Assembly (NCBI GenBank): GCA_963664115.2
Contig: CAXWPJ010000002.1
Location: 800,001-864,000, forward strand
Reading direction: 5' to 3'
DNA: 64,000 bases
DNA from: Terriglobia bacterium
Lineage (GTDB): Bacteria; Acidobacteriota; Terriglobia; 20CM-2-55-15
Position 1 is the first letter of the stretch, and every line of letters starts with the position of its first letter. The notes beneath the pieces are model-generated. The model did no database searches. It worked only from the letters and a program-made list of their open reading frames with translations, and was not told the origin of the DNA. Below are positions 28,706-37,675 of this stretch, one piece after another. A program made the translations under genes and the position numbers.

Positions 28706-29689
28706 ATGTCCAATGCCAGCGATGATGCGCGCTCGTTCTGGGTCGTCGGACCGGGCTCGGGCGAAATCCGTGCCGAGACTTTGAGGGAACCGACCAGCCA
28801 GGAAGTTCTGGTCCGGACGCTGTACAGCGGCATCAGTCGTGGCACTGAAGCCCTTGTCTTTAACGGTGCGGTACCGGCAAGCGAGTTCGGACGGATGCGG
28901 GCGCCGTTTCAGGCCGGCGATTTTCCTTCGCCGGTCAAGTATGGATATAACAATGTCGGGCACGTGGAACAGGGACCGCCCGGACTGCGGGGCCGTGTCG
29001 TTTTCTGTCTCTTTCCACATCAGACTCGCTACGTTGTGCCGGCCGAAGCCGTGTATCCGGTGCCGGCCGACGTGCCTGCCCAACGCGCGGTGCTCGCGGC
29101 CAACCTCGAAAGTGCGGTCAACAGTTTGTGGGATGCGGTCCCGAAAATTGGTGACCGCGTTGCCATCGTCGGCGCCGGTACGCTCGGGTGTCTCGTTTCG
29201 TGGCTGGTCGCAAAGATTCCGGGCTGTAGTGTCGAACTGATCGACATCGATCCCGACAAAGCAAGCGTCGCCGCCGCTCTGGGTGTCGGTTTTCGATCGC
29301 CCCAGCACGCAACTGCTGAGGCCGATCTGGTCATTCACACCAGCGCGACCGAGGAGGGTCTTTCCACCGCTTTCGGTCTCGCGGGTTTCGAGGCGAAGGT
29401 CATCGAGTTGAGCTGGTATGGAAACTGTCGGCCCGCGGTGGCACTGGGAGAGGCTTTCCACAGTCGACGCCTGAGTTTGCGCGCATCGCAAGTCAGTGCC
29501 ATCGCCCCGGTCCAGCGGGGCCGGTGGACTCCGAGACGCCGCATGGAGTTCGTTCTCCGACTGCTCAGCGATTCCGCGCTGGACGCATTGATCACGGGTG
29601 AAAGCAATTTCGACGAGCTGCCGAAGCTCATGCAAACGCTCGCGATGGCACCCGGGCGAACATTGTGCCATCGGATCGTCTATCAGTGA
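28706..29689 (+). CDS. Medium-chain (zinc-binding-like) dehydrogenase, lacking the canonical Zn cysteines
   Basis: SGISRGTE in place of CGICxxD, KYGY, HQT, GAGTLG Rossmann motif, SWYG, FHSRRL, SQV. Confidence 0.85.
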   Translation: MSNASDDARSFWVVGPGSGEIRAETLREPTSQEVLVRTLYSGISRGTEALVFNGAVPASEFGRMRAPFQAGDFPSPVKYGYNNVGHVEQGPPGLRGRVVFCLFPHQTRYVVPAEAVYPVPADVPAQRAVLAANLESAVNSLWDAVPKIGDRVAIVGAGTLGCLVSWLVAKIPGCSVELIDIDPDKASVAAALGVGFRSPQHATAEADLVIHTSATEEGLSTAFGLAGFEAKVIELSWYGNCRPAVALGEAFHSRRLSLRASQVSAIAPVQRGRWTPRRRMEFVLRLLSDSALDALITGESNFDELPKLMQTLAMAPGRTLCHRIVYQ

Positions 29690-29952
29690 CCTGTACCACC
29701 CAAATCGGGACCAGCGCCGATGGGTCTTGCCGGCGAGATCGAGGCGCGAGACGGAAGTCGATGTCTTCACATCGACGACGGCTCGCAACAAAGATATCGA
29801 CTGCAACCCCCATCGGCCCAAAGGGTTGTGGCGAAACGGCATTGTCTTCGTTGTCGTCAGCTCCTCGCAATGTAGGAGCATTTACTCGTCGCCGACTCCT
29901 AGAATCCAACGCCGTTTGGCCCGAACGCTGGTCCCGATTTGGGTGGTACAGG
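29690..29952. mobile_element. 263-bp MITE-like structured element with 27-bp perfect terminal inverted repeats
   Basis: CCTGTACCACCCAAATCGGGACCAGCG (29690-29716) is the exact reverse complement of 29926-29952; several internal hairpins; no credible ORF. Confidence 0.75.
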
Positions 29953-29983
29953 CCACGCGCAGCCCGTCGCATAGAGGATTTTC

Positions 29984-30394
29984 ATGTATAGCATCTGCGT
30001 TCGTGACCACTTCATGATTGCGCACAGTTTCGACGGCGATGTGTTCGGTCCCGCTCAAAGTCTTCACGGCGCGACGTATGTCGTCGACGTTGAATTGCGC
30101 AGACCGAAACTCGACGAAAACGGCGTCGTCGTCGACATCGGTCTGGCAGGCCAGGCGCTCGATTCCGTGCTGTCAAAGCTCAACTACCGTAACCTCGATG
30201 AGGAGCCCGCCTTGACCGGCCGAAACACGACGACAGAGTTTCTCGCACGCATCGTTTTCGATCGCCTGGCGGAACGGATTCGGGGTGGTGAACTCGGCGA
30301 CGGTGCGCGTGGACTGATTTCGATGCGCGTAACCCTGCACGAATCACACATCGCATGGGCGGCATACGAGAACGAACTGACGGACCAGGACTAG
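29984..30394 (+). CDS. 6-pyruvoyl/6-carboxy-tetrahydropterin synthase (COG0720) homolog, atypical FGPAQ type
   Basis: HFMIAHS-x5[12 protein letters not shown], VVDIG, YRNLDE, TTEFLA, LHES; GAGG RBS. Confidence 0.88.
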   Translation: MYSICVRDHFMIAHSFDGDVFGPAQSLHGATYVVDVELRRPKLDENGVVVDIGLAGQALDSVLSKLNYRNLDEEPALTGRNTTTEFLARIVFDRLAERIRGGELGDGARGLISMRVTLHESHIAWAAYENELTDQD

Positions 30395-31530
30395 TGTCCA
30401 ATCCCAAGAAAGCGTCTGCGACCAATCGTCCCGCCGGCGCCCTGATCCTACTGGTACCCGGTGATCCCGAGACCCAGACCGGAGGCTACATCTACGACCG
30501 GCGCATCGTCTATGGTCTGGGCCGCCTGGGCTGGCACGTCGACATGTATTCTCTGGATGCGAGTTTTCCGCAACCGACGGCTCCGGCGTTGGATCATGCC
30601 CGCGGCGTACTCGCCGGTATTCCGGACGGGCAAATCGTCGTCATCGACAGCCTGGCGCTCGGGGGCTTGTCGGGACTGTTGGAGGCGGAAGCGGAGCGCC
30701 TCTGTCTGGTCGCCTTGATTCATCATCCCGTTGCCCTGGAGACCGGCCTGGACGGGGAAACAGCGCGCGTCTTCCTGGCATCGGAACGCGCTTCGCTCAC
30801 GTTCGTACGGCGAGTGGTCGTGACGAGTCCGTGGACATCGCGCAAGCTCGGCGAGTACGGCGTCGCGGCTGATCGCATCCGTGTGGTGTCGCCGGGTGTG
30901 GATGCCATGCCGGGCGGCCCGGAAAGACAGAAAGCTCGAACGGATATTCCGAACCGCGACGCGGCCGGCGAAACATCGTTGAACCTTCTTTGCGTCGCGA
31001 CTTTGACGCCGCGCAAAGGTCACGATGTGCTGTTCGATGCCCTGGCGCAGCTTGGCGACCGGCCATGGCATCTCTACTGCGCGGGTAGCCTGACCCGTGA
31101 CCCTTCGACCGCCGATGGCTTGCGCCGGCAGATCGACCGGCTAGGACTCGGCCCGAGAATCAGCTTGCTCGGGGAAGTCGATCGAGGGGAGCTTGAACGC
31201 CAGTACGCACGCTGCGACGTGTTCGTGCTCGCCTCTCATCTGGAAGGTTACGGCATGGCGCTGGCTGAGGCCATCGCGCGTGGCATACCGGTCGTCAGCA
31301 CTCTGGCTGGCGCGATCCCCGAGACCGTGCCCGCGAATGCGGGCGTGCTCGTGCCCCCGGGAGATTACCGGGCGCTGGCACAAGCATTGGCAAAGCTCAT
31401 GGACGACCCGGATACGCGCCGGCGGCTGGCTTCGAACGCGCTGGCAGCACGCAAGCTGCTGCCGACCTGGAGCCAGGCCTCGAGGCAGTTTGGGGCCGCG
31501 CTCGAGGATCTCGTGAGCAGCGAGTCGTGA
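30394..31530 (+). CDS. Glycosyltransferase family 4
   Basis: TGGYIYDRR, RKGHDVL, EGYGMALAEA; GTG start overlaps the PTPS stop. Confidence 0.9.
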   Translation: MSNPKKASATNRPAGALILLVPGDPETQTGGYIYDRRIVYGLGRLGWHVDMYSLDASFPQPTAPALDHARGVLAGIPDGQIVVIDSLALGGLSGLLEAEAERLCLVALIHHPVALETGLDGETARVFLASERASLTFVRRVVVTSPWTSRKLGEYGVAADRIRVVSPGVDAMPGGPERQKARTDIPNRDAAGETSLNLLCVATLTPRKGHDVLFDALAQLGDRPWHLYCAGSLTRDPSTADGLRRQIDRLGLGPRISLLGEVDRGELERQYARCDVFVLASHLEGYGMALAEAIARGIPVVSTLAGAIPETVPANAGVLVPPGDYRALAQALAKLMDDPDTRRRLASNALAARKLLPTWSQASRQFGAALEDLVSSES

Positions 31531-32414
31531 ACAGTTTTTCAGACGAATGGCTCTGCCTGCGCGAACCGCTCGATGTTGCATCGCGGTCCGCTGAACTTGC
31601 GGCGATTGTTGCGCAAGCAGTTCGCCCAATCGAATCGCGGGATCTACCAATTCACGTCGTCGATCTCGGCGCCGGCACGGGCGCCAACCTGCGTTACCTG
31701 GCACCGCTGCTCGGCGGCTCCCAGGACTGGCTGTTGGCCGAGGGGGATCCGTTGCTACTCGATGCCCTGGGTGACCGGATGCGGATCTGGGCAGATTCGT
31801 CCGGCGCGCGTGTCTTCGAAAGCGAGGGCGGGCTGATCGTTCGTGCGACCCGGTTCGAGTGCCATATCCGCTGCGTGGCCATCGATCTCGCAACGGAACT
31901 GGATCGCGTGGTATTACCAAAGCGATGTCTGCTTACTGCTTCCGCCCTGCTCGACCTGGTGTCGGAAGACTGGCTGGCGCGATTGGCCCAGCGCTCGATA
32001 AATGCCGGAGCATCCGTGTGGTTCACCCTGAGCTACGACGGGCGCATAAACTGCGATCCGGCGGAACCGGAAGATGGTAACGTGCGTGAGCTGTTCAATA
32101 GACACCAGCTGGGAAACAAGGGCTTCGGTCCGGCACTCGGTCCCAGTGCATCGCGGAGGGCCGCCGAGATTTTTGAGGACTGTGGCTACCGCACCCGCAG
32201 TGAGGCGAGCGATTGGCGGGTCAAATGTGCCCACCAGGGGCTGCAGCGGGCCCTGCTCGAGGATTGGTTCGACGCCGCAAGCGAAATCGACCCCGATCGG
32301 GCATCCCAGTTGCAGAAGTGGCGTGAGCGACGCCTGGTCCACATCGAGAGCGGCCGATCCGAGTTGATCGTCGGACACGCCGACATGATCGCCTGGCCGA
32401 ACCAGAGCTCATGA
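31527..32414 (+). CDS. Class I SAM-dependent methyltransferase
   Basis: WLCLREPLD-x2-SR, VDLGAGTGANLR, TASALLDLVS, FNRHQ; GTGA overlap with the GT4 gene. Confidence 0.82.
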   Translation: MNSFSDEWLCLREPLDVASRSAELAAIVAQAVRPIESRDLPIHVVDLGAGTGANLRYLAPLLGGSQDWLLAEGDPLLLDALGDRMRIWADSSGARVFESEGGLIVRATRFECHIRCVAIDLATELDRVVLPKRCLLTASALLDLVSEDWLARLAQRSINAGASVWFTLSYDGRINCDPAEPEDGNVRELFNRHQLGNKGFGPALGPSASRRAAEIFEDCGYRTRSEASDWRVKCAHQGLQRALLEDWFDAASEIDPDRASQLQKWRERRLVHIESGRSELIVGHADMIAWPNQSS

Positions 32415-32663
32415 CAGAACTCGCAGTCAATCGGGGCGTTTGGCGAGTTCCGCGACTCTCTGCAGATGAAGGCGCAACGCGTTGTTCGGTTTCTCTTGAG
32501 AATCCTGCTTCCTCCCATGCGGTGGTCCCTATGTTTTCTGGTTTGCACCTATTGTATTGCGTGCGTCTCGCGACTTTTGTCGTTATGATCGACTACCTGC
32601 GGCCATCGTCGGCACTCGTTTCTTGCCGCTTTGCCGGCCTATCCTAATCTGTAAGGAGAAAAG

Positions 32664-33167
32664 ATGAGCATCATTACTTTGAAGGTGAACGGCGAGGAAC
32701 ACACTGTGGATGTCGATACATCGACTCCCTTGCTCTATGTCCTGCGCAATGCACTCGGTTTCGAAGGCCCACGCTTTGGTTGCGGATTGGGGCAATGCGG
32801 GTCATGCACTGTGATTGTCGATGGTGAGGCCGTTCGGTCCTGCATCACGCAGACGTCCGTCATGGCCGGAGACCGGGAGATCACCACCCTTGAAGGACTC
32901 GCAGAAAACGGAGAGCTGCATCCTGTACAGCAGGCCTGGATTGACGAGCAGGTACCTCAATGCGGCTTCTGTCAGAACGGACAGATGATGACTGCGAAGG
33001 TGCTGCTCGATCGCAATCCCAACCCGAGCGATACGGAGATCCGGGAGTGGATGAACGACACGCTGTGCCGCTGCATGACGTACTACCGGATCCAGGCTGC
33101 GATCAAGCGTGCCGCCAGAGCAATTGCGGCCAATGAATCGGGTTCGAGCAAGGAGGTGGTCGCATGA
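32664..33167 (+). CDS. (2Fe-2S)-binding small subunit of a xanthine-dehydrogenase-family oxidoreductase (IorA/CoxS-like)
   Basis: FGCGLGQCGSC...C and QCGFC...CRC; AAGGAG RBS. Confidence 0.93.
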   Translation: MSIITLKVNGEEHTVDVDTSTPLLYVLRNALGFEGPRFGCGLGQCGSCTVIVDGEAVRSCITQTSVMAGDREITTLEGLAENGELHPVQQAWIDEQVPQCGFCQNGQMMTAKVLLDRNPNPSDTEIREWMNDTLCRCMTYYRIQAAIKRAARAIAANESGSSKEVVA

Positions 33168-35563
33168 CAGCCTTCACAAATGTCCCAAAAGAAGTCGAAG
33201 AAACGTTGGAGCGGACCAAGTCAACGACGTCCCGAAGAAACTTTCTGAAGACTTCGGGCCTGTTTGTCGTGAGCATGAGCACCGTGGCCGTAACGGGTGC
33301 CGGCGGGCTCGCCACTCGGTCCGGCCAGGCTGCGGCCCCACAGGCTGCGGGTCCCTATATCGATCCTGACTTCCACCAACTCGACTCCTGGATTGTCATC
33401 CATGAAGACAGCACGGCGACTTTTTACGTCGGAAAAACGGATGGGGGACAGGGGACCGGTACTGCGCTCAGACAGATGATGTGCGATGAGTTGGATATCG
33501 CGTTTGATCAGACCGACCTCATCATGGGTCAAACCGACTCGACCGTCGATCAGGGTGGGTCGGGTGGTTCCGATGCTATCCAGACTGACGGCTGGCCGAT
33601 GCGGCGGGTGGCCGCCGAAGCCCGTCGAGTCCTGCTGGAGCTGGCCTCCGAGCGCTTTGGAGTGCCAGTGGATCAGCTCGAGGTCAGCGAGGGTGTGATC
33701 ACTGCAGGAGCCGATGCCTCCAGGAGTGTGACCTACGGGGATCTGATTGGCGGCAACCGTTTCAATGTGATGCTGACCGGCGACAGAATTAATGATACGG
33801 CCGGCGTGGCACCGCTGAAGTCGGTGCAGGATTTCAAGATTGTCGGCCAGTCAATGGCACGTTATGACGTCCCTCCCAAAGTAGACGGCACAGGCAAATG
33901 GGCCGTAGGCGTGAGTCTTCCCGGCATGGTTCATGCGCGAAACGTCAGGCCGCCCGTGGTGGGTGCCACGCTTGTCAGCATCGACGAATCATCGGTCGCA
34001 GACATCCCGGGATTCGTCCAGGTCGTGAGCCGGGGCAACTACGTTGCGGTTATCTGTGAAGAGGAACAGGAGGCGATCCTGGCGGCCCGGCGGCTGCAGG
34101 TGACCTGGGAGAACCCGGAGAGCGCGCCGCTTCCGGGGTCGGAAAACCTGTTTAATTACATACGCAACACCGAGCCCTCGTCCCTGACCCAGACCAGGAC
34201 TCCAAATGTAGAAGGGAATCCGGACGAAGCGTTAGCGGGCGCTGCCCAGGTTGTCGAGGCGGCATACGAAGTGCCGTACCAGGGACACACCGCCATCGGT
34301 CCCGCGCATGCTCTCGCCGACCCGTCAAACGGCCAGATGACGATCTATTCCAATGACATGAAAGCCTACGGTCTACGAAACGGTGTCGCTGAATTTCTCG
34401 ATATGCCGCGGGACCAGGTCCGCGTCGTCTGGATGGATGGACCCCAGCTTTACGGTCGTACGGCCGCGGATGATGCGGGTTTTGAGGCGGCTTATCTGGC
34501 CAAGGAGATCGGCCGACCGGTTCGAGTCCAGTGGATGCGGGACGAGGAAACGGCCTGGGATACCAAAGGCCCCGCGTTTACATTCCAACTGCGCGGTGGA
34601 CTGGACGGGGAAGGCAACGTGACCGCGTTGGAATACCGTGCCCGGGTCACTGACTACGCCCACGTGGGTTACAACCAGCCCGACACGGTGCTGATCGCCC
34701 AGCTCATGGGCATCCGGCCTGAGCGGATTGCACCCGGCGGCGCGAACGTGCCCACCGAAATGTACGTCATCCCCAACCGGCGACGCGAAACTCACGTTGT
34801 GCCGCTCCCCGTGTCCTTTGAGACGCCGTTGCGTACCGGAAACCTGAGGGATCCTAATGGGCCGCAGATAACCTTTGCAGGTGAATCCTTCATCGACGAG
34901 CTGGCGATGGCGGCGCAGGCCGATCCAGTCGAATTCCGATTGAAGCTTCTCGCCGATGACACCGAAGACGACGCGTACAGACGGACGCGCTCGATTACCG
35001 TCATTCAAGAGGCCGCGGCCGCTTTTGGTTGGGACACGCGTGTTTCGCCGAAGCCGCTCGGCACCGGAAGGATTCTTACTGGCCGCGGCATCGCGTACTG
35101 TTATCGCAGTTCAACTATCATTGCTGACATCGCCGAGGTCGAGGTTGATCGCGAAACCGGTCACGTTTGGGTGAAACGAATCGTTTGCGCTCATGACTGT
35201 GGACTGGTGATCAATCCCGTCGGTTTGCGTAACACGGTAGAGGGCAACCTTCTTTACGGTTTGAGCCGCGCGCTTTGTGAGGAAGTGCAGTTCGATACGC
35301 AAAAAGTGACCAGCGTGGACTGGATCACGCATCCCACGCTCAGGCACTCGGACGCTCCCGAGCAGATCGACGTCGTCCTTGTGAACGGGGATCCCAACCC
35401 GGACCGGGCTGACATGCCTCACTACGGTGCGGGAGAGGCCTCACTCAAGCCCATGATCGCCGCAGTCGCCAACGCGATTTTCGATGCGACCGGCGTCCGT
35501 GTCCGTCGGGTTCCCTTCAGGGATGCCCGGGTACGGGAAGCGCTGCGGGCGGCGGGGGTTTAA
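33164..35563 (+). CDS. Molybdopterin-binding large subunit (IorB-like), Tat-exported
   Basis: SRRNFLK, GQGTGT, KVDG, ESFIDELA, AHDCG-x-VINP, GAGE, NAIFDATGVRVR. Confidence 0.9.
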   Translation: MTAFTNVPKEVEETLERTKSTTSRRNFLKTSGLFVVSMSTVAVTGAGGLATRSGQAAAPQAAGPYIDPDFHQLDSWIVIHEDSTATFYVGKTDGGQGTGTALRQMMCDELDIAFDQTDLIMGQTDSTVDQGGSGGSDAIQTDGWPMRRVAAEARRVLLELASERFGVPVDQLEVSEGVITAGADASRSVTYGDLIGGNRFNVMLTGDRINDTAGVAPLKSVQDFKIVGQSMARYDVPPKVDGTGKWAVGVSLPGMVHARNVRPPVVGATLVSIDESSVADIPGFVQVVSRGNYVAVICEEEQEAILAARRLQVTWENPESAPLPGSENLFNYIRNTEPSSLTQTRTPNVEGNPDEALAGAAQVVEAAYEVPYQGHTAIGPAHALADPSNGQMTIYSNDMKAYGLRNGVAEFLDMPRDQVRVVWMDGPQLYGRTAADDAGFEAAYLAKEIGRPVRVQWMRDEETAWDTKGPAFTFQLRGGLDGEGNVTALEYRARVTDYAHVGYNQPDTVLIAQLMGIRPERIAPGGANVPTEMYVIPNRRRETHVVPLPVSFETPLRTGNLRDPNGPQITFAGESFIDELAMAAQADPVEFRLKLLADDTEDDAYRRTRSITVIQEAAAAFGWDTRVSPKPLGTGRILTGRGIAYCYRSSTIIADIAEVEVDRETGHVWVKRIVCAHDCGLVINPVGLRNTVEGNLLYGLSRALCEEVQFDTQKVTSVDWITHPTLRHSDAPEQIDVVLVNGDPNPDRADMPHYGAGEASLKPMIAAVANAIFDATGVRVRRVPFRDARVREALRAAGV

Positions 35564-35905
35564 GCGGGGGAACAAAGCCGCAATTACGGCAGCGCCTCAG
35601 TCTGAAATTCAGTCAGCGACCGGGCGGGGGGATTTCGCTCGGTCGTTCAAACGCCGACCACCTCTGTCGCGTCAAGCGCGTTGGGCCGAACGACAGGCGA
35701 CCCTCACCATCATCCTGATGGCGAGGCCTGTCGGGACAACCGGAACTTCAAAACTGGTCCCAAAAATAACCCGCAGCGGCTCGGCGTTGCGGGTGAACCG
35801 CTTTCAGAGTAAAGACGCGGAGCCGAGGCGTTGAGAGTAAGGAGATGATCCGATCGGATGCGAAAGAAACGGTTAAGCAGCGAACACCTGTTTTAGCACG
35901 CTACC

Positions 35906-36724
35906 TTAACGTCCGCCGACGCGCCGTTCTTCTGCAAGTTTTTCTTCTGCGTTCACCTGGAGTTGACGCATCCATTCGGTGAAGTCGTCCGGAGCTACGA
36001 AGGGATGGGGGTCGCCCGGATTCCGCTCTTCCAACTGTGCCGCTCGTTCGAAGATCCTCGCAGGTCCGGGATGGTTCGTAAGGTTGACTTCGACGCCCTC
36101 CATTGCGCGAACCCTGCCGACGCTGTCCAGATACATTTCGGTCCGGTCTACGCCGCTGAAGTTCAGTCCCATTCCGCCGAACATGAAAGCCTTGTAGCTT
36201 TGGTCTCCGTCCCGCACGTCGAACTCGATCGACACGACACCAGGTGTGTGACCTGGGGTCACATAAAACTGCAGAGTCGTGTCTCCGAGTGTGATCGAGT
36301 CACCGTCTTCGATTACGATGTCCTCCTCGACGCCCCCGACCATTGCCCAATCGCCGGCGGCCATTCCGATGCGCGCACCGGATGCCCGTTGGACCGTCCC
36401 CACACCACCGGCGTGATCGCCGTGGCCGTGCGTTGCGATGACATACTGGACGTCGGCCGGGTCGAAGCCAAGCTTGCGGACGTTCTCGATCGCCCCGTTC
36501 GCAAACGCGCCGTATAGCGAATCCAGCATGATCAGGCCATCGCTCGTGCTTACCAGATAGGCGCTGACCCAGTCCATTCCGATGTAATAGAGGTTGTCGA
36601 AGATCTTGAAGGGTTCGACCATCTGCTGGCTGCCCTGTGCGCCGGCACCTGCGGCGGTTGGGGACAGGAATGGAATCAGCGTGAGGAGCAAACAGAGGGA
36701 GATAACAAGGTTGATAGGCTTCAT
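35906..36724 (-). CDS. Subclass B3-like metallo-beta-lactamase-fold hydrolase, secreted
   Basis: EPFKIFDNLYYIG, THGHGDHAGG, TPGHTPG, NHP; signal peptide. Confidence 0.85.
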   Translation of the reverse strand: MKPINLVISLCLLLTLIPFLSPTAAGAGAQGSQQMVEPFKIFDNLYYIGMDWVSAYLVSTSDGLIMLDSLYGAFANGAIENVRKLGFDPADVQYVIATHGHGDHAGGVGTVQRASGARIGMAAGDWAMVGGVEEDIVIEDGDSITLGDTTLQFYVTPGHTPGVVSIEFDVRDGDQSYKAFMFGGMGLNFSGVDRTEMYLDSVGRVRAMEGVEVNLTNHPGPARIFERAAQLEERNPGDPHPFVAPDDFTEWMRQLQVNAEEKLAEERRVGGR

Positions 36725-36736
36725 CAGGTCGCTGGG

Positions 36737-37483
36737 TCAGTGCGTCATCGCGTAGACCACGATGTTGATACCCAGGCGCAGGGCTTCGGTCGTGGGGGCA
36801 AGGGGAAATCTCCCGTTGTCGATATGTTCCCAGAAATCCCCCACATCGTTGTTGAAGCAGATGATGACCTGGAGGTTGCCCCACTCGTCTTCGAAGCTGT
36901 AGAACACCGGAGGCGCGCCGTAGTTGTAGGGCGACTGAACATAGAGGCTGTTGATGTCGTAATAGGTGTGGAGCAGGGGGTGGTTGTCTCCCATCACTTG
37001 CATTTCCTGGTCGGGGAAGACACGCTTCATCTGTTCGTACATGATCTGGAAGTGTCGCTGGCCGTCGAAATCGTCGAGCATGACGATTCCGCCTCGGTCG
37101 ACGTACTCGCGGAAGTTATTCACTTCCAGGTCCGTAAGCCACATCGTTCCCGGTTCCGAAATGTATCCGAATGGGTAGTCGAAGATTTCATCGCTTGCGA
37201 TATCTACGATCCGGTAGGACATCGCGTCGACATTCACCCCGGTGGCTTCGCGCATGACCTGATTGATGTGCTCTTCAGCAGCGGGGTAGTCGTGCGCCCA
37301 GCCGCCGTTTCCATCTCGGGGCTGCCACCGCGCGAAGATGAACTCCGTGTCGGGAGGATCGTTCTGGTACAGCCGGAAACCACGAAAACGTCCGCCGAAC
37401 TGGGCGAGGGCGGCTCCCGCGGTGAGGAGCAGGATCAGAAGAAGAACAGACCTGTGGAGCGATCGCATGTGGAACATTCTCAT
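36737..37483 (-). CDS. DUF4159 domain protein
   Basis: FIFARW, WAHDYP, IFDYPF, EPG, GG-x3-LDDF, NNDVGDFWE, LGINIVVYAMTH. Confidence 0.85.
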   Translation of the reverse strand: MRMFHMRSLHRSVLLLILLLTAGAALAQFGGRFRGFRLYQNDPPDTEFIFARWQPRDGNGGWAHDYPAAEEHINQVMREATGVNVDAMSYRIVDIASDEIFDYPFGYISEPGTMWLTDLEVNNFREYVDRGGIVMLDDFDGQRHFQIMYEQMKRVFPDQEMQVMGDNHPLLHTYYDINSLYVQSPYNYGAPPVFYSFEDEWGNLQVIICFNNDVGDFWEHIDNGRFPLAPTTEALRLGINIVVYAMTH

Positions 37484-37675
37484 CGGAATTCAAAGTGCAG
37501 TCTAGTCAAATCGAAATGGAGTGGATTGCCCGAGCGTGCGGCTGGAGAGCCAGTCACATATTTATTTTCGAATGCTCGCTAACCTTGGCCCGGGTTCGTT
37601 CAGCGACCCGCCTTTCGGGTCCCTCGGCCACTTCCGCCAGCGTTCGAGAAACCACGCCGTTCGGTGCAATCGCGA

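Noticed and set aside
28658-29881. 407-aa minus-strand ORF
   Set aside because: Antisense shadow of the dehydrogenase that starts inside the inverted-repeat element.
25321-30394. Ordinary riboflavin or queuosine operon
   Set aside because: No ribB/ribE/ribH, deaminase or queC/E/F genes are present, and the PTPS active-site motif is non-canonical.
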